Shown: positions 9,650-19,327 of the stretch, one piece after another
Layout of the letters: each line of letters begins with the position of its first letter
Position numbering within the stretch: position 1 is the first letter of the stretch
DNA from: a virus
Taxonomy: Duplodnaviria > Caudoviricetes
Virus record (IMG/VR): IMGVR_UViG_3300025030_000106
Span: 1-62,897 of that record
DNA: 62,897 nt
Reading direction: 5' to 3' (one strand)
Program-made: the position numbers and the translations under genes
Notes under the pieces: generated by a model
Told to the model about the DNA's origin: nothing
What the model saw: only the letters and a program-made list of their open reading frames with translations
Databases searched by the model: none

Positions 9650-10267
9650 TCACATCATCAAGGTTGCTCTTGCGATCCGGTCCGTCAATCGGAAGTCATA
9701 CCGCCGATCGGCACAGTTGGTAATTTCTTCTTCGTGGCTCACGATCAGGAACTGGAGGTCGAACTCTTTCGACAGCATGCGCAACATCTCCGCCGCGGCC
9801 GGCTGGAGGTCCTCAGACAGGTGGCGGAAGGGCTCGTCGAGCAGGATGAACGGCGCCGTCGAGGACAACAGCCAGTAGCTGATCCGCAAGGTGAAGGAAG
9901 CGACGTCGGCAGCACCGTGGCCGGCACTCTCCAGCGGGTCGTAATCCTCACCGCCGCGGGAGAACAATAGGTCGCACTCGGTAGAATTCCTGCGCTCAAC
10001 GAACTCCACCTTGAATTCGTAGGGGTCTGGGAACACTAGCGATAGCGCCTGCGTGACGATGTTCGAGATCTTGTATTTGAGCTGCTCCTGCGTCAGGGCA
10101 ACGGCCCTCTGGATCAACCCCCGGCAGTCAACGGCGAGCTTCTGCTGTTTCTCTGCGCTGACGAGCAGGCATTGCTGCGCGTCGGCCTGCTGCCGGAGAT
10201 CCTCGATCTTCCAAAGCTTCTTGTCGACCTTCTCCTTGAACTCGGCAAGTTTAGAGGAGTGCGGCAT
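9650..10267 (-). CDS. sbcC: SbcC/Rad50 C-terminal half (signature and Walker B)
   Basis: SAGHGAAD signature-like segment, ILLDEPF Walker B, IVSH H-loop. Confidence 0.85.
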   Translation of the reverse strand: MPHSSKLAEFKEKVDKKLWKIEDLRQQADAQQCLLVSAEKQQKLAVDCRGLIQRAVALTQEQLKYKISNIVTQALSLVFPDPYEFKVEFVERRNSTECDLLFSRGGEDYDPLESAGHGAADVASFTLRISYWLLSSTAPFILLDEPFRHLSEDLQPAAAEMLRMLSKEFDLQFLIVSHEEEITNCADRRYDFRLTDRIARATLMM

Positions 10268-10487
10268 ATCGCGTCTCCAGATCCTTGACGGCGATGTCGA
10301 TCTCGACGTCGAGCTTATCCAGTTCCTCATCCATCTTGGCAATAGCTTTGTCGGCCTCAGGCACAGTGTCATAGCCCAACGTCTTCAACTGGTCGAACGC
10401 CGACTCCAATTGGCCTTCGACCTTGGCCTTCTCCTTCTGCTTTTCTTCCAACACCGACTTCAACTTCTTCAGTTTCTCCAAGCTCAT
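10251..10487 (-). CDS. Small coiled-coil protein, possibly a middle piece of the split SbcC
   Basis: 78 aa, heptad pattern, between sbcD and the sbcC C-half. Confidence 0.6.
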   Translation of the reverse strand: MSLEKLKKLKSVLEEKQKEKAKVEGQLESAFDQLKTLGYDTVPEADKAIAKMDEELDKLDVEIDIAVKDLETRYAALL

Positions 10488-11413
10488 CGAATACCCTCCA
10501 GATTTTTTCGTGCCGTGGTTAATACATCCCTTGTCATTGCGGCTAGCTCGACGTCTTCAGCCTCAGCAACGACACCGTCGAGGATCTTGAAGAAGTCAGG
10601 CCGGTCTTCCTTCTTGGCCATGGCATCCCGCAGACCGTTGGTACTGACGGAAATATCATGCTGGGCCTGTTTCTCGATCCGCTCATCATTCCAGACGTCG
10701 CTCTTGACGTCGAGGTACAGAGGTTCAATCTCCGCGGTATCAGTGTCAATCAAGTACACCCGGGGCCGGTAATCCCGTTTATCAATACTGGACCTGAGCA
10801 TGGGCCCGGGGTTGACCAAGAACGCGCCGTCGCGCTCAGCGATGAACGGATCGTGATAGTCGCCGGAGAGCACGAGGTCAAAGTTATACAGGGTCTCCAA
10901 GGTCTTCTGTGCCGGCGTGGCGTCCTTCAAGAAAAACGGCGGCTCGCCAGGGGTGATGGTTCGGTGCAAGAGCAAGACGTCGACGATGTTGTCGGTCTTC
11001 TCCATGGGCATGGGAATATCCTGACCCCAGCCAGAGCCGTAGAACCTGACGTTGCCAATGGTAATGCCCAGAGCGCCAGGCACTTCAATACCGCCACCGA
11101 CGAACAGCGTGTAGTACGGCGAAGTCTGCAGGTTCGGGTTATGGTAGGTCATGTCGTGCTGACCGTGACACGCAAGGACCCTGACCTTCAGCAACCTGAT
11201 CATCTGCAGGACCTTGTTCGTCAGTTGATACGGGATCTTCGACAACTTCGACGTGTCCCACAGGTCCCCGGAGACGGTCAAGACCGCGTCGTGTTCCTTG
11301 ACCAGGGCGAGGATCTGGCTGAACTTATCCAGCACGGTAGCCTCGTAGTCGTCAATCCTATTGACTGGCCGGGCGGTTGTCATATGGAGGTCGGCGGTGG
11401 CTATGATTTTCAT
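10484..11413 (-). CDS. sbcD: SbcD/Mre11 metallophosphoesterase nuclease
   Basis: ADLH, GDLWD, GQHD, GDYH and NPGP motifs. Confidence 0.9.
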   Translation of the reverse strand: MKIIATADLHMTTARPVNRIDDYEATVLDKFSQILALVKEHDAVLTVSGDLWDTSKLSKIPYQLTNKVLQMIRLLKVRVLACHGQHDMTYHNPNLQTSPYYTLFVGGGIEVPGALGITIGNVRFYGSGWGQDIPMPMEKTDNIVDVLLLHRTITPGEPPFFLKDATPAQKTLETLYNFDLVLSGDYHDPFIAERDGAFLVNPGPMLRSSIDKRDYRPRVYLIDTDTAEIEPLYLDVKSDVWNDERIEKQAQHDISVSTNGLRDAMAKKEDRPDFFKILDGVVAEAEDVELAAMTRDVLTTARKNLEGIR

Positions 11414-11610
11414 ATCAAACCCTTCTTCTCTACCAGCCATTCCGGGATCACCAATGTCATAGTGCCGTCGACAGGCATAATCTCAGTCTCATCATCGATC
11501 TGTGATTTGGGAATCCAGTAATCTGTCTCGTCATCGTCAGTGATGCAGATTGCCAGATCAGTCTCAGCTACCAGCCTGCAATAGATTTCAACCATCTTAA
11601 CGTCGGTCAT
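11410..11610 (-). CDS. Small hypothetical phage protein
   Basis: ETDLAI...WIPKSQI...IPEWLVEKKGL. Confidence 0.6.
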   Translation of the reverse strand: MTDVKMVEIYCRLVAETDLAICITDDDETDYWIPKSQIDDETEIMPVDGTMTLVIPEWLVEKKGLI

Positions 11611-11963
11611 GCGAATCGCCCTCCGTTGACAGGTTTCCCTGCACTGGCCCCGGCCGGATCGGCTTTCCAATCCCGGGCCAAGACTTGAGCAATCACAGCC
11701 GCGATCTCTTCCTCGGCGTCCAGCCCGAGAATAGACAAAAGCTGCAGCCCGTAGATCACTGTGTCAGCAACCCCGTCAGCGATCTCTGCCTTGTTGAGGC
11801 CATTAACCCCACCACGGATGCCTTGGGTTCCTTTCAGAACGTGATGACAGACCTCACCAACTTCCTCAGCCATACCCAGAGCGCACTTGAGAAGGTCGTC
11901 ATTATGGCTGCCAAAGTTTCTCTTCTGCCACTGGTCAAGTTCTTTCTGTCGTAGATCAATCAT
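11607..11963 (-). CDS. mazG: MazG-like all-alpha NTP pyrophosphohydrolase
   Basis: GMAEEVGEV...DGVADTVIY. Confidence 0.85.
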   Translation of the reverse strand: MIDLRQKELDQWQKRNFGSHNDDLLKCALGMAEEVGEVCHHVLKGTQGIRGGVNGLNKAEIADGVADTVIYGLQLLSILGLDAEEEIAAVIAQVLARDWKADPAGASAGKPVNGGRFA

Positions 11964-11986
11964 TCTCGTGTTCCTTTGTGTTGGGT

Positions 11987-12388
11987 TTACTGGCAGCTAT
12001 TTCCATAAAGTACCGCCTGAAACAACGCAATTCGATCAGCTTTAGCTAATAGATTAAGCTTTTTTGCAACACTCGTTGCAGCAAGAAATTTCTTTGCAAA
12101 TTCTGGGCTGTCGGTAACTATTAAATTAAGGTCATCGCTTTTGCGCCTGAAAGAGGTAAACAGTGTCAACTCTTTTCTTTGCTCTAGTTTGTTTGCTGGC
12201 ACGGAACCTCCAACCTCAAAACCTTCGCGGATAGCTACGCTTAGAAACTCGTGCCAGTCTCCTGTAAGGCAAAGCCAGTCTGAGTCAGTGTTCATCACAG
12301 GTGGCGAGCATGTTACCCGGCTCCCAACCTCGTGTATCCCGGTGCAAAGAGCCAAAAAGGGGACCGTCCAATTTGGTAGTATGTTCAT
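11987..12388 (-). CDS. Putative minimal Pol-beta-type nucleotidyltransferase
   Basis: VGSR...TDSDW (GS...DxD) and a later acidic strand DLNLIV. Confidence 0.5.
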   Translation of the reverse strand: MNILPNWTVPFLALCTGIHEVGSRVTCSPPVMNTDSDWLCLTGDWHEFLSVAIREGFEVGGSVPANKLEQRKELTLFTSFRRKSDDLNLIVTDSPEFAKKFLAATSVAKKLNLLAKADRIALFQAVLYGNSCQ

Positions 12389-12717
12389 TTCCCCAACCCC
12401 ATAAAAGCTGGCGCCGGCATCGACGCTTTCAGTTCTTTTTCTTTGTCCTCCATCTTCTTCCGGCGCAGCACCCTCTTCAGAATCAGATAGCCGACAAGGT
12501 CAAGCTCAGTATCATCACCGTGGAACTCGTTGCCCTTGGCGATGCGGGAGAGCTTGTCGTCGATCCGGATATCAATCTGGGCCAGCGGGTCGGCCTTGGA
12601 AAAAATCCTGACCGGTTCGGCCGCAGAGTTGCCATAGGCCTTGTTCTTCTCAATAAGAAAATTCGCCAGCTTCTCGCACTCGAGAGTGATCAGTTCTTGC
12701 ATTCTCAGGTTATTCAT
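12385..12717 (-). CDS. DUF1599-like nucleotide-modification-associated protein
   Basis: KNKAYGNS...RIDDKLSRI...DTELDLVGY. Confidence 0.7.
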   Translation of the reverse strand: MNNLRMQELITLECEKLANFLIEKNKAYGNSAAEPVRIFSKADPLAQIDIRIDDKLSRIAKGNEFHGDDTELDLVGYLILKRVLRRKKMEDKEKELKASMPAPAFMGLGK

Positions 12718-13901
12718 TCGCAGCATCCTTCTGTAAAGTTATTACCACACACCGGGCAGACGCCGAGGTCGACTTTGAGGGCCTCATAGGCCTCTTCAGC
12801 ATCAACCAGAGCAAGCTCGGCAGCCTTCAATTTTCCCTGCCATTTATCAACAGCGACCAGGGCGCCACGCAGGGTGGATCTGCCGGCGGTGAGGTCGCGT
12901 TTCTTGATCTCGAAGCCGGCGACGTCGGGCATGACGTCAACGTCAGGCAGGACGTCGAGTTTCTCTTGAAGTTGGGCGATCCGTTGACGTGCATCAACAA
13001 GGTTCTTTCGCGCCAGTTCTACCACGGCACGAGTCTCACAAAGGTCAATCCCGACCTCAACGTCGGAGATACTGATCTCAGGGAATTTCTCAATAACCTG
13101 CTGCAAGACGTCAACCCGGTCAACGGCGTTCATCAGGGCAGTGCCCTGGGCAAAGAGATCATCACGACGTTGCTGTTGGGCGAGGATGTCTTCGATATAT
13201 GTCAATCCTGACATATCTGGAAACTGGTCCAGTTCAGAGCTAATGTCGGTGATAGTGCCGATGACCCCAATGAGACTCTCTTTTGTCGATGAGAGCCTAT
13301 CATAGGCTTCCTGCAGCCCAACCCCCTGGTCAACTAGTTTCTTCGCCTCAGCGACCCACTGCAGCCCGTCCAGCTGGTCGTTGATCCCAGTGATTGACAT
13401 CTTGATGACGTTGACGTTGCCGTCGGCGTCTCGCACAAGAGCATTTACGGTCTTTAACGACTCATCCATGATACTCAGGTCAGCAACCTCGTTCAGGCGC
13501 TTGGCCACATTCCCTCCGGTTTCATCCAAGAGAAAATAATGGGGATGCTGCCACTGGCAGTTGTCCAGAGTGACCCCATGGAACTTGCTGACCTCGGCAG
13601 GGACGTCGGCCTTGATCGCTTTGAAGACGTCGCCGTTGAACTGGTACTGGTTCACCTTTGGACCTCGCTCCCGGATCAGGACGTCGCCAGTGTCGTAGGT
13701 CAGGGTAACCCGGGTCGTGCCCTTGCGGTCCAGCATAAAGTTGCCCTTGGGCGCCCGGTTGAAGAATACCCACCGTAACGCCCGGACCAACGATGATTTC
13801 CCAGAGTCGCTAGAGCCAGTGATCAGAGTGATCGCGTCAAGCTCAAGCTCGGTGTGCTGATGGGCTTGAAAGTTCTCAAGCAGGATCTTGGTGAGTTTCA
13901 T
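12714..13901 (-). CDS. sbcC: SbcC/Rad50 N-terminal half (Walker A, coiled coil, terminal zinc hook)
   Basis: LENFQAH, GSSDSGKSS Walker A, ends CPVCG. Confidence 0.88.
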   Translation of the reverse strand: MKLTKILLENFQAHQHTELELDAITLITGSSDSGKSSLVRALRWVFFNRAPKGNFMLDRKGTTRVTLTYDTGDVLIRERGPKVNQYQFNGDVFKAIKADVPAEVSKFHGVTLDNCQWQHPHYFLLDETGGNVAKRLNEVADLSIMDESLKTVNALVRDADGNVNVIKMSITGINDQLDGLQWVAEAKKLVDQGVGLQEAYDRLSSTKESLIGVIGTITDISSELDQFPDMSGLTYIEDILAQQQRRDDLFAQGTALMNAVDRVDVLQQVIEKFPEISISDVEVGIDLCETRAVVELARKNLVDARQRIAQLQEKLDVLPDVDVMPDVAGFEIKKRDLTAGRSTLRGALVAVDKWQGKLKAAELALVDAEEAYEALKVDLGVCPVCGNNFTEGCCE

Positions 13902-14371
13902 ACCTTCCCCACTCGTTGAAGATTACCAAACACCCCCAGCAGCAAGGCGTCCGCCAGAGCTTGGCCTTTGCCTTTGAAGTCAAGATCAGAGATCCCAGGA
14001 AAGAGTTGAATAGCCCGGGCCCGGGCAGCATCCTTGTCCTGACTGATGAGGCCCGCCCATTTCTTCCACGCCTGCGGAGTAATCAACGACAGTGGTATGT
14101 GAGAACCAGTCACAATACCCTCCACAAGCCCTGCAGAATGGCCAAATGAGAATACGGAAGACACCCCTTGGCCTGGCATGGAATGAACCGCCTCCAGGTA
14201 GCAATGATCGATCTTATACTGTTCCAGCCAGCGGGTAATGGCGGCGCCGTTGACCCGGTTCCGCTTCCCGATCTTGGTTGAGGGCATGAACAAGTGGTCG
14301 ACGTGGACGTTGTTCTCATCCAAAAGGGCAAGGCAGCCGCTGATACCCGGGTCAATTGCGAGAATAATCAT
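13898..14371 (-). CDS. ruvC: RuvC-like Holliday junction resolvase
   Basis: AIDPG, YLEAV.SMPGQGV.S.F.FG, P..WKK, ADALL. Confidence 0.9.
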   Translation of the reverse strand: MIILAIDPGISGCLALLDENNVHVDHLFMPSTKIGKRNRVNGAAITRWLEQYKIDHCYLEAVHSMPGQGVSSVFSFGHSAGLVEGIVTGSHIPLSLITPQAWKKWAGLISQDKDAARARAIQLFPGISDLDFKGKGQALADALLLGVFGNLQRVGKV

Positions 14372-14835
14372 ATTTCACCCTCCGGCATGTAGATTGTCAG
14401 CATCTTGACCGAGGCCCGGGCAGCATAAGGTTTCTGCCCAACCGACTCAACAATCTGATAGTCGAACTGAACGTTGTCGATCCTGATGCTGTGCTCGTTG
14501 AAGATCTCTTTGGCGAGTTCGTGCAGTTTCTTGTTGATGGCTGCTTCTACTGATGTTTCCATGTCGGCTCCTCAAACTCTGTTTGTTCGAGCAACTGGGC
14601 GGTCAGGTCCACCTGTAGTGCGGCGTTCTTGAACAACTGGCGCCTGCACTAACTCCAACTGGGGCTCGTCAAACTGACCAGCCTCTCTGATTGCTCCCTC
14701 TTTCAGGTCTTTTGGTTGTACCCGATACACGTTGCAGTTGTACAGCCATTGAGTTCTAGCCACAATGACACCAGAAAAACCAGTAATCAAGTCTTTCACT
14801 TCCGAACCAAGAGCAAACTTAAACTCTGTCATCAA
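14368..14835 (-). other. Two small hypothetical CDS (14368-14562, 14572-14835)
   Basis: RBS-preceded ORFs within the operon. Confidence 0.55.
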
Positions 14836-17800
14836 ACTACCTCCTCATTTGTTAGCGGCCACTCATATTTTTTACAATCGGCATAGTTCGGCCCGACCTC
14901 AGGGGTACTCGTTGTCGGGATACCCATCGAGCCATAAGGAATGCACACGCAGTCTCGCAAGATAGGGACGACGACGTCAACGTCGCCTTTGTGAATTCTG
15001 TTGACGACTTCATCGTGTACCGAGGTCACCGGGGAGCACCGATACAGAAAGAACACCTCGGACCGCCAAAGGGCGCCCATAATCAATTTTGTCTGCTCAG
15101 ATGCTGAACCTTGGATCCGAAAACTCCAAGCCCACCGGCCAGCTTTGGCCCGGTAGAACTTATCATTCGTCGAGAACGGCACATGCAAGTGACGGCGCCC
15201 GCCAAGAAACGTCAACGAGTACTTCCGCTTCTCACATTCAGCAATGTATTTCTCAACGTGGGGCATCAGGCCGGGGAATGCTGCTGCCTTGGCGTCCATG
15301 AATGCCTGGGCCTCATCTTCAGGAACACAAAGCATGTTGCCCAGCTTCTTCGCCATGCAAAGATACGACGTGGAGAAATTGGTCTCCTTGCCTTGATGGT
15401 AGACCCTGGCGGCGATCTCGTCGTCGGCGTTGACCGCTGCTTGGAACTCCTCATAAGTGGCCCAACGCTTTTCTTTTTTCTGATCAATGCTGAACCCGGT
15501 CAACGAGTGGAGCTTCCGCTTATTCTCTCCGATATAGCAAGACAAGAAATTGACGTCCTGCGAATCCCAAGCCTGGAGCTTAAGCTCCTGCCCATCTATG
15601 TCGAGCTTGCAGATAACGTGGTCGTCGTCGCCGGCAGTCACAATGCCCCGCATTTCCTTCCCCTTTTTCTTGGGCATCTGAGCGAGGTTGGGAGCCCCAT
15701 GGGAGAAACGTCTTGTTGACGTCGACGACTGGTTGAGGTGGTGATGGAGCTTGCCGTCCTTCCAATGCACCAACACGGGGTACTTGTCATAGAAAAGCGA
15801 GAAGCGAGTGATGATCTTCTTCAACTCCAGCAGCGTCTTGAAAGCATCTTCGTACTGCCCGACGTCACCGAAAGCGATGGCGTTCTTGACCGCCTCTTCG
15901 TCAGTCGAGGGTGTGCCGCCGCGCCCTTCCTTGCGCATCTTGTCAGTGGGCTTGTTCCTGATCCTGACAGGCATATTCAGGGCGTCGTACATCAGCCGAG
16001 TGACGTCCATCGGGCTGCCGGGGTTGAAGTTGGGGCTGGGCACCCACCGGGCCTCATACTCGGCGTTAACCTTGTCCAGATCCCCAGCGGCAATAGCCTC
16101 AGCCAGAGGGGCCTCGGTGAAGAACGCAGCCAGTGCATCCAGATTCCGGGCCTGACATTTGAATGGTTCGCCGTAGAGGACTCCGTACATCCTCTTGATC
16201 TGGACGCCGTTGAGTTCAGTCAAGGGCTCGAAATAGGTCCCGGGCCAACGATGCTGGGTTGCCTTCGGAATCTTCTTTCCGTCAACCTCAACAAGCTCCC
16301 GAGTCTCCCAAGATAGATCCATCAAGAAGTTAAAGAACTTCTGCCAGTGCTCATCATAAGCAGCCTGGTCCCGGGCAGAAAGTTCTTCAACTTTATCAAG
16401 GTCGCAGTCAACACCACGGTGCATAGCCAAGGCAGCAGTGTATTGGCAGTCCTGCTCAACGGTGACAAAGACATCCAAAGTACGTTCATACTCCATGATG
16501 GCTGTGAACAGGTTCCACAGAGAGTCCGTGCAAAGAGTATCGTCAAGGCCGTAGTTGAGGACCTCCTGCCCGGTGACTTCAAACATACCGGACCGGCCGG
16601 CCAGGGTCTCCTCATAGGTCAGCTGCGTGTAGTGCAACCACTTCTTTGACAGTGACTTCAGGCCGGTGATCGGCGTGTTCTCGTCGACATAGTTGGCAGC
16701 AATCTTGGTGTCGTGAACATTTGGGAGGAAGCCGTGATCGCCGAAGGTCTGGTCTTCGCCAAACTCCCGAAACAGCACCGGCAACTCGAATCCCCCTGCC
16801 CGATGGCAGAGGATCGGGGTCGTCTTTGGGATCCACCTGAGGACCTCTTTCAAGTCCTCGACGTCGACGTTGTCAGTGTCCTTGTGCCGGATCGGGAAGT
16901 AGAAGCTGTGCGGGCCGGCCGTCAGCCCGCAGCCGGCGAGTTCCGAGCCAAAGGTATCAATCTTCTCACCGTTTTTCTCCAACCAAACCTTCGACTCCGG
17001 AGGCGTGTCAGTCTCGATATCGAGAGCGACGTGTTGAGCAGACTCCAGCGCCTTGCGAATTGTCTCGGCCCGGGTCTCGATATTGGCGTCGGTGATCAGC
17101 CGGCGAGACGGCCACCATTTCTCCATGCCGGGCTCGAAGCGGAGTTTCTGCACTCCGCCTCCCCACTTCACTTTGTAGGCCGGCACATGCTGGAAAGAGA
17201 ACAGTGCCCAGGCTGTGTAGGCCGTCTGCATGTCGTCCAGGATCAACTGTAGGCATGGCAAGTCAGCGACGTCTTCAGAGAGCCGGTGCAGTTCGTCGTT
17301 CTCAAGCAGTTCTGCCATCAAGTCCAAGCCGTCGGCGCCGAAGGCCTCGATCAGCTGCATGAATTTCTGCTGACCGAAGCCCTTGACTGAGGGGACGTTG
17401 TCAGAGGAATCGCCCTTGACCAAGACCTTCCAGACCTTGATGTGGTTGGGCTCAATCAATCCGGAGGGGTGAGGAGGGTTGAGTTGCCCCTCAAGAAAGA
17501 TGTCGCCTTCAAGGCACTGGAGGTCCCGGTCCCGCGTCCAAATGATTGTGTGCCGGAACCTGTTTGAAATCTCGGCGATCAAATCGTCAGCTTCGTAGCC
17601 TTCTTTGGGCGTGGCAACAATCCCACCAAAATCCTTGATCAGGGTCTCTGCCTTTTCCATCGCCGCGGAGTACGCCGCATACCACTCAGGTGGCCGGGGC
17701 TCACGATTGGCTTTGTATTCGGGAAAAATCTTGACCCTGTTGCCGCGAGAATTGACCGGGTCTTTGACGAAGATGACGTCCGCCGGGCTGAATTTCAGAT

Positions 17801-17990
17801 CCGTCAACGTCTTGGTCAACGTCCCTTTGAACGTGTCGTAGATGTCGACGTCGGTTTGGACGTGGTACTTACGGCCCTCGAAGATGATCTCGGTCTCGTC
17901 TTCTTCATGGCGGATGTAGGCACAGGCTGTCATGACTGACGAGGCGTCGATCACGAGCCGAGGTTTGTGGACTCCGGGAAGGTCAAGCAT
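14832..17990 (-). CDS. polA: Family A DNA polymerase with 5'-3' and 3'-5' exonuclease domains
   Basis: EYKANR, EADD and GDSSDN (5' nuclease); LDIETD and YGLDD (3' exonuclease); motifs A LDIDGQEL, B KETNFSTSY, C VHDE. Confidence 0.95.
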   Translation of the reverse strand: MLDLPGVHKPRLVIDASSVMTACAYIRHEEDETEIIFEGRKYHVQTDVDIYDTFKGTLTKTLTDLKFSPADVIFVKDPVNSRGNRVKIFPEYKANREPRPPEWYAAYSAAMEKAETLIKDFGGIVATPKEGYEADDLIAEISNRFRHTIIWTRDRDLQCLEGDIFLEGQLNPPHPSGLIEPNHIKVWKVLVKGDSSDNVPSVKGFGQQKFMQLIEAFGADGLDLMAELLENDELHRLSEDVADLPCLQLILDDMQTAYTAWALFSFQHVPAYKVKWGGGVQKLRFEPGMEKWWPSRRLITDANIETRAETIRKALESAQHVALDIETDTPPESKVWLEKNGEKIDTFGSELAGCGLTAGPHSFYFPIRHKDTDNVDVEDLKEVLRWIPKTTPILCHRAGGFELPVLFREFGEDQTFGDHGFLPNVHDTKIAANYVDENTPITGLKSLSKKWLHYTQLTYEETLAGRSGMFEVTGQEVLNYGLDDTLCTDSLWNLFTAIMEYERTLDVFVTVEQDCQYTAALAMHRGVDCDLDKVEELSARDQAAYDEHWQKFFNFLMDLSWETRELVEVDGKKIPKATQHRWPGTYFEPLTELNGVQIKRMYGVLYGEPFKCQARNLDALAAFFTEAPLAEAIAAGDLDKVNAEYEARWVPSPNFNPGSPMDVTRLMYDALNMPVRIRNKPTDKMRKEGRGGTPSTDEEAVKNAIAFGDVGQYEDAFKTLLELKKIITRFSLFYDKYPVLVHWKDGKLHHHLNQSSTSTRRFSHGAPNLAQMPKKKGKEMRGIVTAGDDDHVICKLDIDGQELKLQAWDSQDVNFLSCYIGENKRKLHSLTGFSIDQKKEKRWATYEEFQAAVNADDEIAARVYHQGKETNFSTSYLCMAKKLGNMLCVPEDEAQAFMDAKAAAFPGLMPHVEKYIAECEKRKYSLTFLGGRRHLHVPFSTNDKFYRAKAGRWAWSFRIQGSASEQTKLIMGALWRSEVFFLYRCSPVTSVHDEVVNRIHKGDVDVVVPILRDCVCIPYGSMGIPTTSTPEVGPNYADCKKYEWPLTNEEVV

Positions 17991-18265
17991 TATTTGGTTC
18001 CTTCTTCAACAAGTTTCAATTTACAAACGTCTGGCCAATACACTGTGGGGCGGTCAGGCAAAATCGCCGGCTTCATAACAATAAAGCTATCATAGTTTCT
18101 TGGTTTCTCTGACCCCCAAGCACGATGAAACATAGGAAGCTGAAGCTGTCTGAGAGTGCGTCTGAAATCCTCCCCTTTATGAACTGCAGCAATGATACTC
18201 CCAGACTTTTTTCTCCGCTCCGGGATCAAGCCATCTTCCCACTCAACCGTGTCACCAACTTTCAT
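17990..18265 (-). CDS. Hypothetical protein
   Basis: GGAGG RBS then MKVGDTVEW. Confidence 0.6.
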   Translation of the reverse strand: MKVGDTVEWEDGLIPERRKKSGSIIAAVHKGEDFRRTLRQLQLPMFHRAWGSEKPRNYDSFIVMKPAILPDRPTVYWPDVCKLKLVEEGTK

Positions 18266-18340
18266 TTGTTCCTCCATCCAAAGGCAAAGCTGGAGCCCCC
18301 GAGAGGGCTCCGTGACTCCGTCCACACATGGTGGATGAGC

Positions 18341-18378
18341 TAAAATTGGGCGGGCAGGATTCAGATCTGCCCGCCCAA
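18341..18378 (-). terminator. Intrinsic terminator-like hairpin
   Basis: TTGGGCGGGCAG-N9-CTGCCCGCCCAA followed by TTTT on the minus strand, just after the 279-aa gene. Confidence 0.7.
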
Positions 18379-18395
18379 CGGTTAAAGGTTAAAGT

Positions 18396-19235
18396 TTATT
18401 CAAAGTTGAAGCAGGAGAACGTGTTGCCGCTGTAGGTCTTGACGACGACCGTGGCCGTAACCACTTTCAAGTCCTCGACCTTCATCTTACCCATCTTGAC
18501 CTGGACCGCAGCCTGCACCTTGAAGCCGTTCCACGCCTTGACTGACTCCGGCGACAACGACAACATCGCCAGCTTGTTGAGAGCCGGGTCGTTGTCAGGG
18601 AGTTTCTCGGCGCTGAGGACGATGCCGAAGAGTTCGATGTACCGCTTGATCGACGCATCGGTATAGCCAGCCTCCTGGGCCTCTTTAAGCGCCTGCTGCA
18701 GCGTCATGGAACCGTCGGTACACATCTCATTGTCGTAGGAGAACTTCAAGAACTCCTTGGCTTCCTCATCTTTGGAGTTTGGGGCCATCATGTAGGAGTA
18801 GTTCCACGACACCGGCTCGAACTGGATCCAAGACCCAACCAGCTTCTTATCCTGGTTCATTACCTGGCCGTTGCTGGCGGTATACCGCGGGATACTGCCA
18901 AAGGTCAGCTCACCCGGGGGGATGTTGCCCTCCAGAGAGTCAAACGGCGAAGACAGGCCCATACCTCCACCAGACGTCGCCGGGGGCTTGGCAGCCGGCC
19001 GGGCAGCGACGGCGGTTTCGACAGGGGCCTCGACCTTGGTCTCTTCCGGGGGCAGAACCTCGGGAGTAACCTCAGGCGCAGGCGCCCCAGCTGACGGCGA
19101 CGCCCCTTTGCGCAAGCGAGTACTCGGCTTGCCCGTGGGGGTGTCGGTAGCCATAGGGACGTCGGTCTCGACGTCGGCGCCGGTGTCAGGGGAAGAAGTA
19201 GGGGAAGGGGCAGCATTGTTTCGTTTTAAAGCCAT
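18396..19235 (-). CDS. Probable ssDNA-binding/replication accessory protein with Pro-rich N-terminus
   Basis: Between polymerase and primase; preceded by TTGACT-N17-TACAAA; function inferred from position only. Confidence 0.4.
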   Translation of the reverse strand: MALKRNNAAPSPTSSPDTGADVETDVPMATDTPTGKPSTRLRKGASPSAGAPAPEVTPEVLPPEETKVEAPVETAVAARPAAKPPATSGGGMGLSSPFDSLEGNIPPGELTFGSIPRYTASNGQVMNQDKKLVGSWIQFEPVSWNYSYMMAPNSKDEEAKEFLKFSYDNEMCTDGSMTLQQALKEAQEAGYTDASIKRYIELFGIVLSAEKLPDNDPALNKLAMLSLSPESVKAWNGFKVQAAVQVKMGKMKVEDLKVVTATVVVKTYSGNTFSCFNFE

Positions 19236-19327
19236 TTTCTTTACCTCATTTTCATTGTGTTAATCAAAGTCAGCATCATTACCATTGTCATTTTGTATTG
19301 CCTTTCCAAGTTAAAGTCAAGCCCTTT

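Noticed and set aside
18266-18340. Self-cleaving ribozyme in the structured leader
   Set aside because: No hammerhead, twister or pistol core consensus recognisable by eye on either strand
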